From Tubulanus polymorphus (lineage: Eukaryota > Animalia > Nemertea), in the NCBI RefSeq assembly GCF_964204645.1, contig NC_134027.1, forward strand, positions 2,388,485-2,452,484: a stretch of DNA of 64,000 nucleotides, given 5' to 3'. The stretch's first letter is position 1; the number at the start of each line of letters is the position of its first letter. The notes under the pieces were generated by a model. The model was given only the letters and a program-made list of their open reading frames with translations, was not told the origin of the DNA and made no database searches. Shown in pieces: positions 63,801 to 64,000 of this stretch. Position numbers and translations under genes: made by a program.

Positions 63801-64000
63801 GACTTTCGCAGAAAATTCACTCTCCGAGAAGTTCGCTAACTTCTTAATGTAACACCATGTGCTTTTATCCAGGTGACTACGTCATATTGACGGCCAAAAA
63901 CTGTGATTTACATTATAGAAGCTCAAAGTATGTAAATCCTCGCCCCGATCATCTTCTTAGGATAGATTTTGAAATGCTTAACTTTTATCGTAATTACATG

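Noticed and set aside
27000-64000. Remaining 60-140 aa ORFs in the ORF track
   Set aside because: No recognisable domains, many rely on TTG/GTG starts that are not meaningful here, and their number fits chance in non-coding DNA.

Overview
This is AT-rich, intron-rich eukaryotic DNA, most likely from an invertebrate animal (inference from GT-AG introns, many MITEs and little CpG depletion). No prokaryotic features are present: no CRISPR array, no operons. The left half (about 3.0-28.9 kb, + strand) holds a complete ANKRD11/ANKRD12-family chromatin co-regulator gene. I assembled it by hand into 13 phase-compatible coding exons (about 1429 aa), covering the PLSERQQMALLM motif, ankyrin repeats, a 2.5-kb disordered exon and the conserved C-terminal domain. 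A probable alternative first exon lies at 6530-6604. The right half (about 29-64 kb, + strand) is the 5' end of a secreted or membrane protein gene with a cysteine-less CUB-like exon, and the gene runs off the window. Most interesting signals: (1) up to three separate phase-1 signal-peptide exons (33.5, 39.9 and 56.2 kb) could each splice onto the same CUB exon; (2) 11-12 W[KR][DE] motifs account for every Trp in the large ANKRD exon; (3) BET ET-binding-like motifs, including KVPPLKII; (4) a strong excess of AP-1 sites across 31-60 kb. Two minisatellites with higher-order structure, several MITEs (one clear piggyBac type) and a tRNA-derived repeat are also present. All coordinates were counted by eye and no database searches were run.
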